DNA of 64,000 nt from positions 1-64,000 of IMG/VR virus record IMGVR_UViG_3300042330_000433. The stretch is one strand, 5' to 3'. The notes under the pieces were generated by a model that ran no database searches, had not been told where the DNA came from, and saw nothing but the letters and a program-made list of their open reading frames with translations. This DNA comes from a virus. The position numbers and the translations under genes were made by a program. Every line of letters starts with the position of its first letter. Position 1 is the stretch's first letter. Shown piece by piece: positions 1-8,327 of this stretch.

Positions 1-295
1 CATAATATTATTAATTAGTTAAAATAATCAGTCAACCCAGCATTACCTGTAATTGACTGACTAAAGTGTTGTTAAAGTTTGTTATGAGTTTTATATAATA
101 CACCTTCTGAAGACCAGCACATGTAATACATACTCCATACAGTTAATTTTATATCTTCTTAAACTATGACTAGGTCTGTAAATAAGGAAAACCATTTTAC
201 TATACAAAATGGCAAGGCGATTAATAAATAAAAATAAAGGCTGTTTATCCATCATGTATCCATTCACATGATATAACACTTTGTAGCACCTAAGT

Positions 296-541
296 TTATG
301 CACTTAATGCATATTTATCTTTGTCCATAACAGTTTTAAGCTGTTTTTGTAACAAATACATTTGATATTGTAATTGTTCTTCAGTTTGTGTTATTGTTAA
401 CACACCATTAGATATGCTTTTTAAATTACATATCTTTATAATACCACTCTTTAATACAATTTTATTTTCAATTGTACAATCATCAAATGATATTTCATTC
501 ATTGTATCTATATCACATAGATTAATTTCTTCTTTTAACAT
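296..541 (-). CDS. hypothetical protein (leftward/early region)
   Basis: 81-aa ORF with ATG and an AT-rich leader; no recognisable motif. Confidence 0.55.
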   Translation of the reverse strand: MLKEEINLCDIDTMNEISFDDCTIENKIVLKSGIIKICNLKSISNGVLTITQTEEQLQYQMYLLQKQLKTVMDKDKYALSA

Positions 542-1331
542 AATGTTAGTTTTAGTCAGTTAGTATTATTGAGGACTCGCAGATTGGTATCTTACTTGTA
601 GAGATTTACTACCATTTAATTAAATTTTATATTAATGAAGATTCATATAATTACCAGTTATATTTCGTGTAGTCTAATACACATATTCTTCAAATTAGCT
701 TGGATTCTCACACCAATAGACAACATAACAGAGAGATTATTTGTTATGTAATTACATATCACGAATCATGTGAAATAGTATAAAGTTATGTAACTTCTAC
801 AACATATTAGGTTGTTTGAAACTGTATGGTTTTATAGTCTGCACTAACTTACAATTACACTTTAACAGAGTGTTTAGTATCTACATTTGCAAAATATTGC
901 TATTATCTGTTAAATAATTGTAGAAATTGTATAGTAGCCCCACATACTTGTCAAGGTTTACTAACCTTAAAGAATGAATAAAAATGCTATTAATATCATT
1001 TGATAATGATGAATGAATGAATGATGATGTGTGTGAATATGTTTGAGTTGGTATAAGCTCACATTTACACTATTAAAATACACAGACAATACGATAAGTT
1101 AATAAAAACAATAGTATAACTCTCTCACAATCAACAATTTAAATCATTTACCAAATGATATTATAAAATAAACTCCAATTAAGTGTATTACCACTCCACA
1201 ATAATTTGTGTTGTATCGAATTAAAGTTTATTAACTAAAAGGTATATTTATACTTTTTTTATATATAGATACGAAATGATCTACCGAGATGTAGACATAT
1301 TGACTACACGCAAAGTAGTCCGCAATAAATT

Positions 1332-1359
1332 AAAAAGAAAGGACACCGAAGTGTCCTTT
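1332..1359 (-). terminator. intrinsic terminator
   Basis: On the - strand AAAGGACAC-TTCG-GTGTCCTTT followed by CTTTTT, just after the stop of 1368..1814. Confidence 0.9.
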
Positions 1360-1367
1360 AGTTAGGT

Positions 1368-1814
1368 TTAAGCACCAATTTTAGGTTGAGTTTCTTCTTT
1401 TTCCTCAACAGCAGGTTTAGCTGAAGCAACAGTTGGAACTACATATTGTCTATGTAAATCTGCATGTTTATCAGCAGGACATAATCTTACTTGGCTGTAA
1501 CGACCTAATGGTTCTTCAGTAGTTGGATTAATGTCTTCTTCTTGACCCTCATAGAATGGAGTTTCAGAGAAAGCTCTGTAAGGCTTAATTTGACCTTTGT
1601 TGATGGCTTTGATTACAGCGTCTTGTTGTTTTAATACAACAGCCTCATCAGAACCTTTCAACCACACCATTGATTTCTCAACTTGTGTGAATAGTGTGTT
1701 CATGTTAAGCACTTCATCAGTAACTTCAACACAAACAGAAGTGATAGTTCTACCGTCTTCTAAGTCTTTAGACCATACTGATTGGTCGTCTTTAACGAAT
1801 TTAATTGCATTCAT
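1368..1814 (-). CDS. hypothetical phage protein (PFYEGQxxxINP motif; possibly ssDNA-binding)
   Basis: 148-aa ORF, beta-rich N-terminus, acidic/Pro tail, own strong terminator; function is inference only. Confidence 0.7.
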   Translation of the reverse strand: MNAIKFVKDDQSVWSKDLEDGRTITSVCVEVTDEVLNMNTLFTQVEKSMVWLKGSDEAVVLKQQDAVIKAINKGQIKPYRAFSETPFYEGQEEDINPTTEEPLGRYSQVRLCPADKHADLHRQYVVPTVASAKPAVEEKEETQPKIGA

Positions 1815-2006
1815 GGCGTCTTGTGGTATTATGTGTTAGTCTGACATTATTTAAGACAGTACTAACACGATTAGTAATATATTTTGGCATATCCGTAACA
1901 ACAGTACGGGTATAACCCAAAATTTTGTTGAAGTCGGGGTATGATGTTGGCTTAGTCCGCATTTACATTAATAAAAAACATTTTCAAAAAAATTTTAAAA
2001 AAAAAA

Positions 2007-2038
2007 TTTGGAATTGTCAATTATTTGTTGTATCTTTG
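2007..2038 (+). promoter_or_regulatory. Bacteroidetes housekeeping-sigma promoter (-33/-7)
   Basis: TTTG(2007)-N20-TATCTTTG(2031). Confidence 0.8.
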
Positions 2039-2055
2039 TAATATTAATAACGAAA

Positions 2056-2072
2056 TAGCTATTAGTAAATAA
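2056..2072 (+). promoter_or_regulatory. 17-bp upstream box, copy 1
   Basis: TAGCTATTAGTAAATAA, 28 bp before the -33 TTTG at 2101. Confidence 0.8.
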
Positions 2073-2100
2073 GAATTTTTTAAAAATAATTGCAAAAACA

Positions 2101-2132
2101 TTTGGAATTTACAAATAAATGTTGTATATTTG
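2101..2132 (+). promoter_or_regulatory. Bacteroidetes sigma promoter
   Basis: TTTG(2101)-N20-TATATTTG(2125). Confidence 0.85.
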
Positions 2133-2136
2133 CACT

Positions 2137-2404
2137 TATTAAAATAAACAGCAACTAGTTTAGGATGCAGTTGCCTTAATTAACAGTGGACACGGCACTG
2201 ACGTATAGTTTTAAGGGGATGGGTTTTGCGAGGTATGACAACTTCTGTAACACTGGCTAGCCAAGAGGACATGATTTAACAAAATCGTGGAAACCTCGTT
2301 GTATCTATTAATTAAATAATTATATAAACTATAATATACGTTATAGTTATAGGAAACTTATATACTTTACCCACTATTTCTTATGATTTAGTGGGTTTTT
2401 TTTT
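2137..2404 (+). ncRNA. candidate structured non-coding RNA, family unknown
   Basis: Bounded by two promoters and a terminator; no convincing ORF; 53/120 GC at 2161-2280; multiple nested stems. Confidence 0.6.
2369..2404 (+). terminator. intrinsic terminator
   Basis: ACCCACTA...TAGTGGGT stem followed by a T run. Confidence 0.85.
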
Positions 2405-2453
2405 GTGTCTAATAATTTATTTTAGGATATTTGTGAAAATAATTGGTAAAAAA

Positions 2454-2485
2454 CTTGTATAATTAAAATATATTTTGTATATTTG
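2454..2485 (+). promoter_or_regulatory. Bacteroidetes sigma promoter
   Basis: CTTG(2454)-N20-TATATTTG(2478), upstream of the endonuclease VII-like gene. Confidence 0.7.
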
Positions 2486-2500
2486 TAAAAAATTATTGAT

Positions 2501-2866
2501 ATGAGAATTTGTAGTTGTTGTAAACAAGAAAAAGAAACAAGTTATTTTAATAAACGTAAAAATGGTTATTATGCTTCTGTATGTACACCATGTTCTGTTG
2601 AAAATTATAGAGAAAAACATTTAATGTCTAAATATGGAATAACATTAGATTATTATGATAAATTATTAGAAAAACAAAATTATTGTTGTGAGATATGTAA
2701 ACATCCAAATAAATCAAAAAGAAGATTATCTGTAGACCATTGTCATATTACAGGAAATGTTAGAGGTTTATTATGTGACACTTGTAATACAGCATTAGGA
2801 AAATTTAGAGATAGTGTTGACTTATTAAATGAAGCTATAAAATATTTAAAAAAATATGAAAAATAA
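2501..2866 (+). CDS. endonuclease VII-family (HNH) homing endonuclease with N-terminal Zn ribbon
   Basis: CxxC...CxxC, KYGITLDYY, QNYCCEIC, LSVDHCHITGNVRGLLCDTCNTALG. Confidence 0.9.
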   Translation: MRICSCCKQEKETSYFNKRKNGYYASVCTPCSVENYREKHLMSKYGITLDYYDKLLEKQNYCCEICKHPNKSKRRLSVDHCHITGNVRGLLCDTCNTALGKFRDSVDLLNEAIKYLKKYEK

Positions 2867-2877
2867 ATCACTTTTTA

Positions 2878-2909
2878 TTAGGATATATCAAAAATATGTT
2901 GTATCTTTG
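2878..2909 (+). promoter_or_regulatory. Bacteroidetes sigma promoter
   Basis: TTAG(2878)-N20-TATCTTTG(2902). Confidence 0.75.
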
Positions 2910-2932
2910 TATAAGATTTAAAATTAGAAGTT

Positions 2933-3124
2933 ATGACATACCAAGAATGGTTCAAACAAATACAATGGTTAAAAGATAAAATAATATTACCTAATAACCA
3001 AACAATATCTAAATCAGATTATATAACTAAAGATGGTTTTGATATAAATAGATTTAACACAATGTTGTTTAAAACATATAATATGTTATACCCAGTTAAA
3101 GATGGAAGAAGATATAAGAAGTAA
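2933..3124 (+). CDS. hypothetical protein
   Basis: 63-aa ORF directly after a promoter. Confidence 0.6.
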   Translation: MTYQEWFKQIQWLKDKIILPNNQTISKSDYITKDGFDINRFNTMLFKTYNMLYPVKDGRRYKK

Positions 3125-3215
3125 TTTATTTACTAAATTACAAAATGGAAAAATAGATTTATATACATTAATACAGATATTAACAAATGATAGAATATAT
3201 ACACGAAAAGATTAG
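3102..3215 (+). CDS. small hypothetical protein (37 aa, not in ORF track)
   Basis: MEEDIRSNLFTKLQNGKIDLYTLIQILTNDRIYTRKD*; overlaps both neighbours and fills the gap between them. Confidence 0.45.
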   Translation: MEEDIRSNLFTKLQNGKIDLYTLIQILTNDRIYTRKD

Positions 3216-3453
3216 ACAAGATTTAATTGTCAACCAAAAAGATTTATTTAACATGCGTCATTACTATACACATAAACATAGAAGTAATGATAGATTATTA
3301 GATGTTAATGTAGGGTTATTTAGAAATGACCAACAAGTATTAACAGCTCAAATATATGTAGCTGATAAGAATACTAAAATAAGAGAACAATTATTTTTAG
3401 ATGAAAACTTTAATATGATTGATAGTAATATAATAATTAAAAGATTAAACTAA
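3187..3453 (+). CDS. hypothetical protein
   Basis: 88-aa ORF in a tightly packed operon. Confidence 0.65.
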   Translation: MIEYIHEKIRQDLIVNQKDLFNMRHYYTHKHRSNDRLLDVNVGLFRNDQQVLTAQIYVADKNTKIREQLFLDENFNMIDSNIIIKRLN

Positions 3454-3755
3454 TGAAAGATTATTTTTTATATAAAAAACAAACCCATAGTATTAATACC
3501 TTAAATGGTATTTTAAATGAAAGCAACTTAGAGTTTGCTAAAAAAACAATGTTATTTGATGTAATTAGAGATTACACAGAACTTGTTAAAACTAAACAAC
3601 ATTATCCACATAATGATATCTCTGATGTAGATATGACAATTGATTGTGTTATAATGACTAGAGATAATTATAATAAGATGATTAAACTTATTCCTGAATT
3701 ACCAGAAGAAAATAAAATTAATGAATTATTAAACTTTCCTAAATTAGACGTATAA
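3453..3755 (+). CDS. hypothetical protein
   Basis: TAATG overlaps at both ends. Confidence 0.7.
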   Translation: MKDYFLYKKQTHSINTLNGILNESNLEFAKKTMLFDVIRDYTELVKTKQHYPHNDISDVDMTIDCVIMTRDNYNKMIKLIPELPEENKINELLNFPKLDV

Positions 3756-4018
3756 TGAGTACATATAAAAAGAATGGTAAAAGGCAACTAGTTGTTAATA
3801 ATAAAAAACAAACTAAGTTACATGTTAAGAAGTTTTATGGTATATTAGCTCAAATGGAAACTATATCTAAAGAGTTAGATCAAACTATAGAATATACAGA
3901 AGATAATATTAATGATTACGTAAAACCTATCTTAGGTAGAGATTTAGACTCTATGGAAAAGTTTTTAGTATTAGGTAAATTACATCATGGAAAAGAAGCC
4001 ACAGATCAACCTTCATAA
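3755..4018 (+). CDS. hypothetical protein
   Basis: TAATG-coupled ORF. Confidence 0.7.
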   Translation: MSTYKKNGKRQLVVNNKKQTKLHVKKFYGILAQMETISKELDQTIEYTEDNINDYVKPILGRDLDSMEKFLVLGKLHHGKEATDQPS

Positions 4019-4277
4019 TATTAAATCTTTTTTAGAAGGAAACGGGCAAAGAGTTTTAGAAGAATTAAAGTTACAACCTAAACATATACAAGAACAAATA
4101 GCATATCGTAGATTACTATGTAAAAATGATTGTGCTGTTCAAAACAAATGTATAAAATGTGGATGTGACTTTAAAGGTAAAACTTCAGTACAACAATCTT
4201 GTAATCCTGAAAGATTTCCTGATTTAATGAGTAAAATAGAATGGGATAAATATAAAGACACAAATGGAATTAATTAA
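3987..4277 (+). CDS. Cys-rich Zn-binding protein
   Basis: RRLLCKNDC...CIKCGC...SC, FPDLMSKIEW. Confidence 0.7.
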   Translation: MEKKPQINLHNIKSFLEGNGQRVLEELKLQPKHIQEQIAYRRLLCKNDCAVQNKCIKCGCDFKGKTSVQQSCNPERFPDLMSKIEWDKYKDTNGIN

Positions 4278-4470
4278 CACATATGTTATAGAAAATAAAC
4301 CTCTTAAAGAGTTACTTGATAATATTGATAAAATAAGTTCTAATATAGAAGTATTTAAAGAAAAACATAAAGGATATAATTATGACATAAAAATTATAAA
4401 TAATGCACAGGATAGTGACTATTTTGATGCTGAAATAAATATAATGTATGAAAAGCAAGAAAACGCTTAG
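4264..4470 (+). CDS. hypothetical protein
   Basis: Overlapping operon ORF. Confidence 0.6.
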   Translation: MELINTYVIENKPLKELLDNIDKISSNIEVFKEKHKGYNYDIKIINNAQDSDYFDAEINIMYEKQENA

Positions 4471-4759
4471 AAACTATACAGAGCTTCTTAAGCATATGAA
4501 ATATTATAATAATCTAGCACCATTCCCTGTGTATGATACAGATTATGTAAATGATGTAGAAAATAAAATTAAAGAAATAATGAATGATAAACTAAAAGAA
4601 TACGATGAAGAGCCAGTGTGGGCATGTAGATTTTGTAAAAAATTACACATTGAATCAGATGAAGTAGGTAATGATGTTTGTATGATATGTGGATCTATTA
4701 ATGAACTACAAGAATATAAAACAATTTTTGAATGGCAAAAAAATAAAAATAATGACTAA
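4448..4759 (+). CDS. Zn-ribbon protein
   Basis: EPVWACRFC...CMICGS. Confidence 0.7.
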   Translation: MKSKKTLRNYTELLKHMKYYNNLAPFPVYDTDYVNDVENKIKEIMNDKLKEYDEEPVWACRFCKKLHIESDEVGNDVCMICGSINELQEYKTIFEWQKNKNND

Positions 4760-5147
4760 TAATAAAGTTGCTAATATTAATGTTAAACTTAAAACTTTAT
4801 TTTTTAAATGGTTAGAACTATTAAAGCCTTGGCATTCATTAAATAATCAACAACAACAAGTATTAGCTCTTTTATTGTATTATCATTATTTATATAAAAA
4901 AGATACAACTAATAATAAAATACTTTGGAAAATTGTATTTGATTATGATACAAGATTAAAAATTGTAGAAGATGAAGTTTTTGAAAAAGGTATGACTACA
5001 AATACTCTAAATAATATATTTACTATATTAAGAAAGAAAGGTGTTATTATAGATAACCAAGTAGCTAGTGTTTATATTCCTGAACTTGAAATAAACAGTA
5101 AAAACTTTAAAGTATTATTCAATTTTAATATAGTTGATAATGAGTAA
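4752..5147 (+). CDS. putative winged-helix DNA-binding protein
   Basis: TNTLNNIFTILRKKGVI recognition-helix/wing pattern; ATG at 4752 preferred over 4689 because of the overlap pattern. Confidence 0.55.
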   Translation: MTNNKVANINVKLKTLFFKWLELLKPWHSLNNQQQQVLALLLYYHYLYKKDTTNNKILWKIVFDYDTRLKIVEDEVFEKGMTTNTLNNIFTILRKKGVIIDNQVASVYIPELEINSKNFKVLFNFNIVDNE

Positions 5148-5424
5148 ACCAGATGATGATAAAGTTAAAGCACTTATACATAGTATAGGTTTAAAACATA
5201 ATTTACAAGATGATGTTATTAAAAAGATAATAGGATCACCTTATAAGTTTACAAGAGATAAAATGGTTGAGTTATCAATTAATGATGACATGACAGAAGA
5301 AGAATATAATAAATTAAAAACAAACTTCATATATCTTTATATAGGAAAGTTATATACTACCTACGATATATGTACTAAATTTTATAAAATAAGAAAAGAA
5401 AGATGGAAGAAAGAAGAAATTTAA
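5134..5424 (+). CDS. HU/IHF-like small DNA-binding protein
   Basis: Two helices followed by FIYLYIGKLY strand; position typical of crAss-like head modules. Confidence 0.5.
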   Translation: MIMSKPDDDKVKALIHSIGLKHNLQDDVIKKIIGSPYKFTRDKMVELSINDDMTEEEYNKLKTNFIYLYIGKLYTTYDICTKFYKIRKERWKKEEI

Positions 5425-5762
5425 ATCAAGATGACGTATTAGACTTAATGCTAAATTTTCCTTTAGAACCAATGTTTAATGGTATTTATATTACAACAAA
5501 TAGAATTGAAGAAGAAGGATTAGAACTAAGTGATTCAGTATTATCAGATGTTCAATATGTAGTAGCTGCAGGTCCTACATCACAAGTCCCAGCAGGACAA
5601 AAAGTATTAATTGATATTGAAAAATTAATGGTTAATTCAAAAGCTGAACAAACTAATGCTTATGAGGCAGTTAAAGAAGTTAAAATTGATTTAATTGAAC
5701 TTAGTAATAATATGTTTGCTCTTGTAACAGATAGAGTAGTTAAAGCTAAAGATAACAGATAA
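5403..5762 (+). CDS. groES: co-chaperonin GroES-like
   Basis: LEPMFNGIYIT, VVAAGP and VPAGQKVL match GroES strands; close to groEL. Confidence 0.7.
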   Translation: MEERRNLNQDDVLDLMLNFPLEPMFNGIYITTNRIEEEGLELSDSVLSDVQYVVAAGPTSQVPAGQKVLIDIEKLMVNSKAEQTNAYEAVKEVKIDLIELSNNMFALVTDRVVKAKDNR

Positions 5763-6328
5763 TGAAATTATTTGAGATGAAAGACTTCTCGCTATTTGTA
5801 ACAGAAGAAGCGTGGGGTCTTTTGCCTTTCAAGGCAATATTAAAACGAGATAAAAGTAGAACTAAAGAAACGGCATTTAAAGAAATGTTATTTATTTATT
5901 ACTTTACAGATATCAGATCTGATTATGTTTATTTAGTAAACGATGCTGAAAGGACTAAAGAAATTATTAAAGATATTGGTTTACCATCAGATTGGAAAAT
6001 AGACCAAGTAATGAAAGATGCTATTGCTTTTTATAACTCAAGATCATTAAGTCCTATTGCTAAGTTATATAAATCATCTTTAAAAGCTGCTGATGATATA
6101 TCTAAGTATTTAGAAATGACAGATGTTTTATTAGCTGAAAGAACAGATAAAGGTGCTACAGTAACTACATTAGCTGTTATTACAGGATCACTTAAATCAG
6201 TTCCTATTATTATGAAAGATTTAAAAGCTGCTTATAAAGAAGTATTAGCTGAACAAAAAGAATTAGAAGGAAGAACTAAAGGAAGTAGAACAATGTCACT
6301 TTTTGAAGATGGTTTAGGAGAACTATAA
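5762..6328 (+). CDS. conserved crAss-like protein upstream of terminase (possible small terminase)
   Basis: RDKSRTKETAFKEMLFIYY motif, helical, located before TerL. Confidence 0.5.
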   Translation: MKLFEMKDFSLFVTEEAWGLLPFKAILKRDKSRTKETAFKEMLFIYYFTDIRSDYVYLVNDAERTKEIIKDIGLPSDWKIDQVMKDAIAFYNSRSLSPIAKLYKSSLKAADDISKYLEMTDVLLAERTDKGATVTTLAVITGSLKSVPIIMKDLKAAYKEVLAEQKELEGRTKGSRTMSLFEDGLGEL

Positions 6329-6870
6329 TGAGGAAAACTAATAATAAATGTGTTTATTTACATAAACGATTAGATAATAATATTATATTTTATGTAGGTA
6401 TGGGTACATTAAAAAGACCTTATAAAACTACAGGTAGAAATATATATTGGAAAAGAATAGTTAGCAAAGTAGGATATTATATTGAAATAATAAAGGAAAA
6501 TTTATCTTGGTCTGAAGCATGTAAATTAGAATGTGATTTAATAAATAAATATCGTTCTGATAATCTGTGTAATATGACCGATGGTGGTGATGGATCAAAA
6601 GGAACTTCACCATCTAAAGAAACAAGATTAAAAATTAGTGAATTTCATAAAAATAAATCAAAATCTAATGAAGCTAAATTAAAAATGTCAAAAGCTAAAA
6701 AAGGATTATATTTATTAGAAAATAATCCTAATTCTAAAAAAGTAATAAACATTAATACAAATATAATTTTTAATACATTAAAAGAAGCCTCTATTTATGA
6801 AAATATGAATTATGGTACTTTTAAGTGGGCAATTAAAAATAAAATAAATTTTAATTACAAATACATATAA
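6328..6870 (+). CDS. GIY-YIG-like homing endonuclease with NUMOD3/NUMOD1 motifs
   Basis: VYLH...FYVGMG, NMTDGGDG, SKETRLKIS, C-terminal HTH. Confidence 0.85.
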   Translation: MRKTNNKCVYLHKRLDNNIIFYVGMGTLKRPYKTTGRNIYWKRIVSKVGYYIEIIKENLSWSEACKLECDLINKYRSDNLCNMTDGGDGSKGTSPSKETRLKISEFHKNKSKSNEAKLKMSKAKKGLYLLENNPNSKKVININTNIIFNTLKEASIYENMNYGTFKWAIKNKINFNYKYI

Positions 6871-8327
6871 TGAAAGAAATATATTTTAAAAATGAAGCTG
6901 AAGAATTATTATTTGGTGGAATACAAAAATTTACAGATGCTATTGCATGTACTTTAGGACCTAATGGTAAAACAGTTATTATAACTGATGAATATGGTAA
7001 ACCTAAAGTTACTAAAGATGGTGTATCAGTAGCAAGAGAAATATCATTTAAAAATGCTGTTGAAAACATTGGAGCACAACTCGTAAAAGAAGTTTGTGAA
7101 TTACAAGTTAAGCAAGCAGGTGATGGAACAACTACAGCTATTGTATTAGCTAATGCTTTTATTCAAAATTTAAAAGGTTTTGAATCTAAAGATATTAACA
7201 AAGCTTTTGATGAAATTATTCCAAAAGTTATTGAACAATTAAAACTTAATTCAAAAGAATTAAAACGTGAAGATATTAAACATGTTGCTACTATATCTGC
7301 TAATAATGACGTACAGATTGGTGACATTATACAACAGGCTTATAACTTTTCTAATATAGTTAAAGCTGAAGAATCTAATAATTTAGAAGATACTCTAGAA
7401 ACTATAGAGGGAATGAAATTAGATGTATCATATATGTCTAAACTGTTTAGTAATACTAGCAAAGAAACCTGCGAGTTTACAAATCCTTATGTTCTTTTAT
7501 TAGATGGAAAACTAGAAGACCTTTTATTATTTAGACAAATACTTGAAAAAATTAGTTCTGAAAAAGAAAATTTACTTATCATTACAGAGTATATTGCTCC
7601 TAAAGAATTACGTAAGTTAGAAACATTAGTTCTTAATAAAAACATTAATGCTTGTGTTATTAAGACACCAGGATTTGGGCCTGTAAGAAAAGATTATCTT
7701 AGAGATTTATCTGACTTTACTGGAGCTGATATTATTGCTGTACAGTCAAACAAATCATACTTACCATCATGTTTAGGTAAGCTTGGTTCATGTGTTATTA
7801 ATAAAAACAATAGTTTACTAATAAAACATGAAGATGTTAATGTAGAAGATATTGTAGATAGTTTAACAAAGCTTTCTAAAAATAAAGAATTAACTGATTA
7901 TGATATAGAAATACTTAATAAACGTATTGCTAATCTTACAGCTAAAGCATCTATTATTAAAGTAGGTGGTGGTTCTGAAATAGAAATGAAAGAACGTAAG
8001 GATAGATATGATGATGCTATATTAGCTGTTGCATGTGCATTAGAAGAAGGAATTGTACAAGGTGGTGGTGAAGCATTAAGATCTATTGTAAATAATCTTT
8101 CAATTTTTAAAAGTGATCTTAATAATAGTATTAGAATATCTTTAACAGCTCCTGTTAATAGAATTATTGCAAATGGTGCAGTATTTAAAAATTCTGATAA
8201 TATGTTTGATGAAAATATTATAGATCCACTTAAAGTAACTAGATGTGCATTATTAAATGCAGTGTCTATAGCTAAAACAGTATTATCAACTGAAACAATT
8301 ATACTTAATGAACGACAATGGAATTAA
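6870..8327 (+). CDS. groEL: phage chaperonin GroEL-like
   Basis: TLGPNG, TKDGVSVA, AGDGTTT, KTPGFG, IKVGG, EEGIVQGGG, IIDPLKV. Confidence 0.95.
   Translation: MKEIYFKNEAEELLFGGIQKFTDAIACTLGPNGKTVIITDEYGKPKVTKDGVSVAREISFKNAVENIGAQLVKEVCELQVKQAGDGTTTAIVLANAFIQNLKGFESKDINKAFDEIIPKVIEQLKLNSKELKREDIKHVATISANNDVQIGDIIQQAYNFSNIVKAEESNNLEDTLETIEGMKLDVSYMSKLFSNTSKETCEFTNPYVLLLDGKLEDLLLFRQILEKISSEKENLLIITEYIAPKELRKLETLVLNKNINACVIKTPGFGPVRKDYLRDLSDFTGADIIAVQSNKSYLPSCLGKLGSCVINKNNSLLIKHEDVNVEDIVDSLTKLSKNKELTDYDIEILNKRIANLTAKASIIKVGGGSEIEMKERKDRYDDAILAVACALEEGIVQGGGEALRSIVNNLSIFKSDLNNSIRISLTAPVNRIIANGAVFKNSDNMFDENIIDPLKVTRCALLNAVSIAKTVLSTETIILNERQWN

Noticed and set aside
91-303. 70-aa ORF on the - strand
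   Set aside because: Atypical composition, and it overlies a run of hairpins; more likely non-coding.
857-873. ACACT-CTGTTAA-AGTGT on the - strand looks like a tRNA-Asn(GTT) anticodon stem-loop
   Set aside because: No D arm, T arm or acceptor stem around it; the stem extends better on the + strand; likely chance.
1008-1038. GAAT/GAT/GT short tandem repeats
   Set aside because: Only a few low-complexity units with no spacer structure; not a CRISPR or iteron array.
2137-2866. ncRNA as a guide RNA for the adjacent HNH/EndoVII protein (HEARO/OMEGA-like)
   Set aside because: The protein is a 121-aa EndoVII type with no RuvC or bridge helix; it has its own promoter and is separated from the RNA by a terminator.
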